20,000 bases of DNA from IMG/VR virus record IMGVR_UViG_3300032250_000289. One strand, given 5' to 3'. Under the pieces are notes generated by a model that had not been told where the DNA came from, made no database searches, and was given only the letters and a program-made list of their open reading frames with translations. The first letter of the stretch is position 1; each line of letters starts with the position of its first letter. The translations under genes and the position numbers were made by a program. This document shows positions 17,929 through 20,000 of the stretch, piece after piece. This stretch comes from an uncultured virus (IMG/VR IMGVR_UViG_3300032250_000289) (lineage: Duplodnaviria; Heunggongvirae; Uroviricota; Caudoviricetes).

Positions 17929-18064
17929 CTTTGTCCTCTAGTGATCCTAGTAGTTCCGACATTGGAATGTCTGGTTTGTTAATTTCATTTTCAATTTCAG
18001 ACTTTAAAGAGGCCGTTGCTCTACAGTCTAATTGAGATTCAATTGTAATTGGTTTGTTGCTCAT
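17894..18064 (-). CDS. Small acidic protein, 56 aa (MSNKPITIESQLDCRATASLKSEIENEINKPDIPMSELLGSLEDKDEDKDEQDSST); first gene of the leftward operon
   Basis: ATG 18064 with AGGAG RBS at 18071-18075; TGA at 17894-17896; not in the ORF track. Confidence 0.75.
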   Translation of the reverse strand: MSNKPITIESQLDCRATASLKSEIENEINKPDIPMSELLGSLEDKDEDKDEQDSST

Positions 18065-18083
18065 AATTTTCTCCTGTACCTAT

Positions 18084-18090
18084 TATACAC
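18084..18090 (-). promoter_or_regulatory. Candidate late-promoter motif GTGTATA(ATA) at the head of the leftward operon
   Basis: GTGTATAATAG 19 nt upstream of ATG 18064; includes TATAAT but no TTGACA-like -35. Confidence 0.6.
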
Positions 18091-18240
18091 TGATAATAAC
18101 AATATTACCAAATAGGGGCTATGGGGGAGGATTGGGTAATACATAAGGATAATTTTTGGTTATTGTGAATGAACCACCCCCGAGTTTTTCCGCAGTTTGC
18201 CTAGCTTAACTAATGAAGATAAAACCCCCACCTTATCTAT

Positions 18241-18256
18241 ACTGCCTATCTTAACA
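18241..18256 (+). repeat. 16-bp direct repeat copy 1 (ACTGCCTATCTTAACA), preceded by AAACCCCC
   Basis: 15/16 identity to 19612-19627. Confidence 0.8.
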
Positions 18257-18263
18257 TTTTACG

Positions 18264-18341
18264 TAAGTCGTTATGTATCAAAGGTTTAGTGTCTCCACTC
18301 CCCGCCCAACTCGTCGTAAGTCTATATCTGACAACACTTTA
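18264..18341. repeat. Dyad-pair element copy 1: two TAA-N4-WT-N7-AA-N4-TTA boxes (18264-18288, 18317-18341) around a GC-rich 28-bp spacer
   Basis: TAAGTCGTTATGTATCAAAGGTTTA and TAAGTCTATATCTGACAACACTTTA; the first contains an exact IHF consensus WATCAANNNNTTR at 18276-18288. Confidence 0.75.
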
Positions 18342-18354
18342 CGTCGAGTGTAGA

Positions 18355-18370
18355 CGCATACGGTGTGCCA
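18355..18370 (-). promoter_or_regulatory. Sigma54 (RpoN) -24/-12-like box, leftward
   Basis: Minus strand TGGCACACCGTATGCG: TGGCAC with GG-N10-GC spacing. Confidence 0.55.
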
Positions 18371-18436
18371 TTCTGTAAAAAAATATTGTGATTCATTTGG
18401 CATGAAAATATATTTAGAAAAATCCAAAGATTTTGC

Positions 18437-18464
18437 TTGCAAGTGTCGATCTATACTGTATAAT
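18437..18464 (+). promoter_or_regulatory. Sigma70-type early promoter P1
   Basis: TTGCAA-N16-TATAAT with AT-rich upstream tract. Confidence 0.7.
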
Positions 18465-18501
18465 GAAAGCACAAGAGAACAACGAAGCAAAGGAAAAGAA
18501 A

Positions 18502-18705
18502 ATGAACAACAACGAAATCAAAATTGGCAGCAACGTAGTGTGGAACTTTGTGTTCGAAAGGGCTGAAGATTCTGGGGTAGTTGTAGAGATCAAGGGAGAT
18601 AAGGTATCTGTGGAATATAAGGTGATGGGCAAGGTATATAGGGATATGTTGAGCATGGACGAAATCATGCTGGAGTCGGAATATAATTCGCAATATTCTT
18701 TCTAA
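18502..18705 (+). CDS. Small early protein, 67 aa, possibly an SH3/KOW-like beta-barrel
   Basis: ATG after AAGGAAAAGAAA; MNNNEIKIGSNVVWNF...SGVVVEIKGDKVSVEY; start revised from the track's 18433. Confidence 0.8.
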   Translation: MNNNEIKIGSNVVWNFVFERAEDSGVVVEIKGDKVSVEYKVMGKVYRDMLSMDEIMLESEYNSQYSF

Positions 18706-18710
18706 GGTAC

Positions 18711-18739
18711 TTGACACGGGCCAACCGATACTATATAAT
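18711..18739 (+). promoter_or_regulatory. Sigma70 consensus promoter P2
   Basis: TTGACA-N17-TATAAT, exact consensus. Confidence 0.9.
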
Positions 18740-18773
18740 ACAGAGACAAGAGAAAAGGAAAAGGAATAGAAAA

Positions 18774-18932
18774 ATGAAAACGTTTTACTTCTACAGTTTT
18801 GATGGTCACAAGTTTATCGGTCAAGCTGATGCAGCCGATTGGATGGTAGCTCGCAAGATTGTTGCAGATGCAACAGGCTTTCCAGTAGATGACATGCTTC
18901 CCTATAGCTCAAAGAATATTTGGCAATTCTAA
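18774..18932 (+). CDS. Small early protein, 52 aa (MKTFYFYSFDGHKFIGQ...)
   Basis: AAGGA RBS, own promoter P2; start revised from the track's 18711. Confidence 0.8.
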   Translation: MKTFYFYSFDGHKFIGQADAADWMVARKIVADATGFPVDDMLPYSSKNIWQF

Positions 18933-18942
18933 GCTAATGGGC

Positions 18943-18971
18943 TTGACAGGATATAGCCGATACTATATAAT
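18943..18971 (+). promoter_or_regulatory. Sigma70 consensus promoter P3
   Basis: TTGACA-N17-TATAAT; shares CCGATACTATATAATACAG with P2. Confidence 0.9.
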
Positions 18972-19004
18972 ACAGGCACAAGGAAACAAACGATGGAAAA
19001 GAAA

Positions 19005-19148
19005 ATGATCTACTGGAATACCTCTAATCGTACAGGCGATAGGTATGAGGTATGGTATGATGGTAAGGTAGTCGCACGACACATTACCTTCAATGAATGT
19101 TGGGCGCTCGTTGAATCACTCCAAGCAAAAGAAGAGGTATGCGTATGA
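19005..19148 (+). CDS. Small early protein, 47 aa (MIYWNTSNRTGDRYEVWYDGKVVARHITFNECWALVESLQAKEEVCV; alternative ATG 18993)
   Basis: GGAAAAGAAAATG leader after P3; TGA overlaps the next ATG; not in the ORF track. Confidence 0.75.
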   Translation: MIYWNTSNRTGDRYEVWYDGKVVARHITFNECWALVESLQAKEEVCV

Positions 19149-19450
19149 CACACTACGAAGCTACTCAGATGGTACATGGTAAGACTAAGCGTAACACTCG
19201 TAAGGTAGGTAACAATACATATGCAGAGATACTGCCCGATGGTAGTGTAGCTATTATCCTACATGGTACGACTGTTGTACGTATTCATCCCGATAACAGT
19301 GCTACACTCAATACGGGTGGATGGTATAGCAGTACCACTAAGGATAGGATGAACAAGTATTCACCTGTACGTGTGTACCAGTGTAAGGGCGAATGGTATC
19401 TCAACAATGATGATAACACGCCATATGAGGATGGTATGACTGTACGGTAG
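19145..19450 (+). CDS. Uncharacterised phage early protein, about 101 aa
   Basis: GAGG RBS, ATGA coupling to the upstream ORF; motif LHGTTVV...LNTGGWYSSTTKDRMN recalled from a common phage hypothetical family. Confidence 0.8.
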   Translation: MTHYEATQMVHGKTKRNTRKVGNNTYAEILPDGSVAIILHGTTVVRIHPDNSATLNTGGWYSSTTKDRMNKYSPVRVYQCKGEWYLNNDDNTPYEDGMTVR

Positions 19451-19475
19451 TACAGTAGTGTACAACGACTCGACG

Positions 19476-19553
19476 TAAACCCTTGGTACGTAAGGACTTA
19501 GGGCGAATCGGGCGGGCCGCATTTGACGTAACTCCTTATCCCATAAGGGTTTA
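19476..19553. repeat. Dyad-pair element copy 2 (19476-19500, 19529-19553), inverted relative to copy 1
   Basis: TAAACCCTTGGTACGTAAGGACTTA and TAACTCCTTATCCCATAAGGGTTTA; spacer GGGCGGG is the complement of CCCGCCC in copy 1; flank ACTCGACGTAAA is the reverse complement of TTTACGTCGAGT. Confidence 0.8.
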
Positions 19554-19611
19554 CAGCACGTTTTTGTAGTACCCAAGCTAATCCGGTAGCCAAACCCCCC
19601 AGTTTACGCAA

Positions 19612-19627
19612 ACTACCTATCTTAACA
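19612..19627 (+). repeat. 16-bp direct repeat copy 2 (ACTACCTATCTTAACA), preceded by AAACCCCCC
   Basis: 15/16 identity to 18241-18256. Confidence 0.8.
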
Positions 19628-19630
19628 CAC

Positions 19631-19646
19631 AGCAAATATCGTGCCA
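19631..19646 (-). promoter_or_regulatory. Sigma54 (RpoN) -24/-12 consensus box, leftward
   Basis: Minus strand TGGCACGATATTTGCT, an exact match to TGGCACG-N4-TTGCW. Confidence 0.7.
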
Positions 19647-19710
19647 ATTGAATAGAAAATACTGAAAAGTTTTGTCAAAATCTCTTGACAATATTCTTGG
19701 AATTTTTCCC

Positions 19711-19738
19711 TTGCAAGTTCAAGAAGGGATGGTATAAT
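19711..19738 (+). promoter_or_regulatory. Sigma70-type promoter P4 (extended -10)
   Basis: TTGCAA-N16-TATAAT with TGnTATAAT. Confidence 0.75.
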
Positions 19739-19780
19739 GTCGATATAAGAAGTAAGAAAGAAAGAAAGAAGGATAAGAAA

Positions 19781-19909
19781 ATGGAAATGATCAAAATCAC
19801 AAAAAATACAACTGCAATGGTTCGAAATGGCAAGGTAATCTACCTTGTGCAAAATGGAAAAATTACCCAAGATCCTCTGAAAGTTCGATATTTTCAAAGA
19901 ATGATTTAA
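19781..19909 (+). CDS. Small basic early protein, 42 aa (MEMIKITKNTTAMVRNGKVIYLVQNGKITQDPLKVRYFQRMI)
   Basis: AAGGATAAGAAAATG leader after P4; start revised from the track's 19685. Confidence 0.75.
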   Translation: MEMIKITKNTTAMVRNGKVIYLVQNGKITQDPLKVRYFQRMI

Positions 19910-19912
19910 GGG

Positions 19913-19940
19913 TTGACAACTAAAAAGACGATGCTATAAT
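19913..19940 (+). promoter_or_regulatory. Sigma70-type promoter P5 (extended -10)
   Basis: TTGACA-N16-TATAAT with TGnTATAAT. Confidence 0.85.
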
Positions 19941-19972
19941 AGAGAAAAGAACAAAGGACAAAGGAAAAGAAA

Positions 19973-20000
19973 ATGATGACTCTCGACAAGGTTATGGCAG
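19973..20000 (+). CDS. Start of another early ORF (MMTLDKVMA...), truncated by the window edge
   Basis: AAGGAAAAGAAAATG leader identical to that at 18490-18504; follows P5. Confidence 0.7.

Noticed and set aside
18091..18430. tRNA or known riboswitch in the divergent intergenic region
   Set aside because: No cloverleaf or T-loop (GTTCRA) signature recognised by eye; an Infernal/Rfam scan would be needed to exclude other ncRNAs
18264..19553. Dyad boxes as a mini-CRISPR, dif site or IS terminal repeats
   Set aside because: Boxes are degenerate with only two per locus, do not match the XerC/D dif consensus I know, and there is no transposase or target-site duplication
19685..19690. Extra TTGACA hexamer
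   Set aside because: No -10 box at 16-18 nt; the TATAAT at 19733 pairs with TTGCAA at 19711
18278..19897. Track ORFs 18278-18490, 18363-18566, 18414-18668, 18451-18717, 19361-19576 and 19622-19897
   Set aside because: They run across promoters, repeats or the antisense of cassettes that have clear promoter and RBS support
1410..19909. Stop-codon reassignment, as seen in some large phages
   Set aside because: Genes are full length and tightly packed under code 11, and TAA, TGA and TAG all terminate genes

Overview
Fragment of a large tailed dsDNA phage genome (Caudoviricetes-like, AT-rich, standard genetic code). Positions 1-18064 are one minus-strand morphogenesis and packaging arm. In transcription order it holds a small acidic ORF, a virion-type protein, a sigma-factor-like protein, an HTH/coiled-coil protein (TerS candidate), a GT-A glycosyltransferase, GDP-mannose 4,6-dehydratase, a small ORF, an HNH nuclease, an ERCC4 nuclease, ClpP, large terminase, portal, prohead protease/scaffold, head decoration protein, major capsid protein, a terminator, two fibre-type proteins, a small ORF and a mucin-like Thr/Ser-rich DUF642-type protein that runs off the left edge. 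A GTGTATW motif precedes four of these genes (candidate late promoter). From about 18430 the + strand carries an array of tiny ORFs, most with their own near-consensus sigma70 promoter and a shared AAGGAAAAGAAAATG-type leader. The most unusual signal is a non-coding module present twice (about 18220-18465 and 19465-19740). It comprises a pair of TAA-N4-TT-N7-AA-N4-TTA IHF-like dyads exactly 53 bp apart, a 16-bp direct repeat, a leftward sigma54 (-24/-12) box and, about 65 bp further on, a rightward TTGCAA-N16-TATAAT promoter. All family assignments are by motif recognition, not database search.
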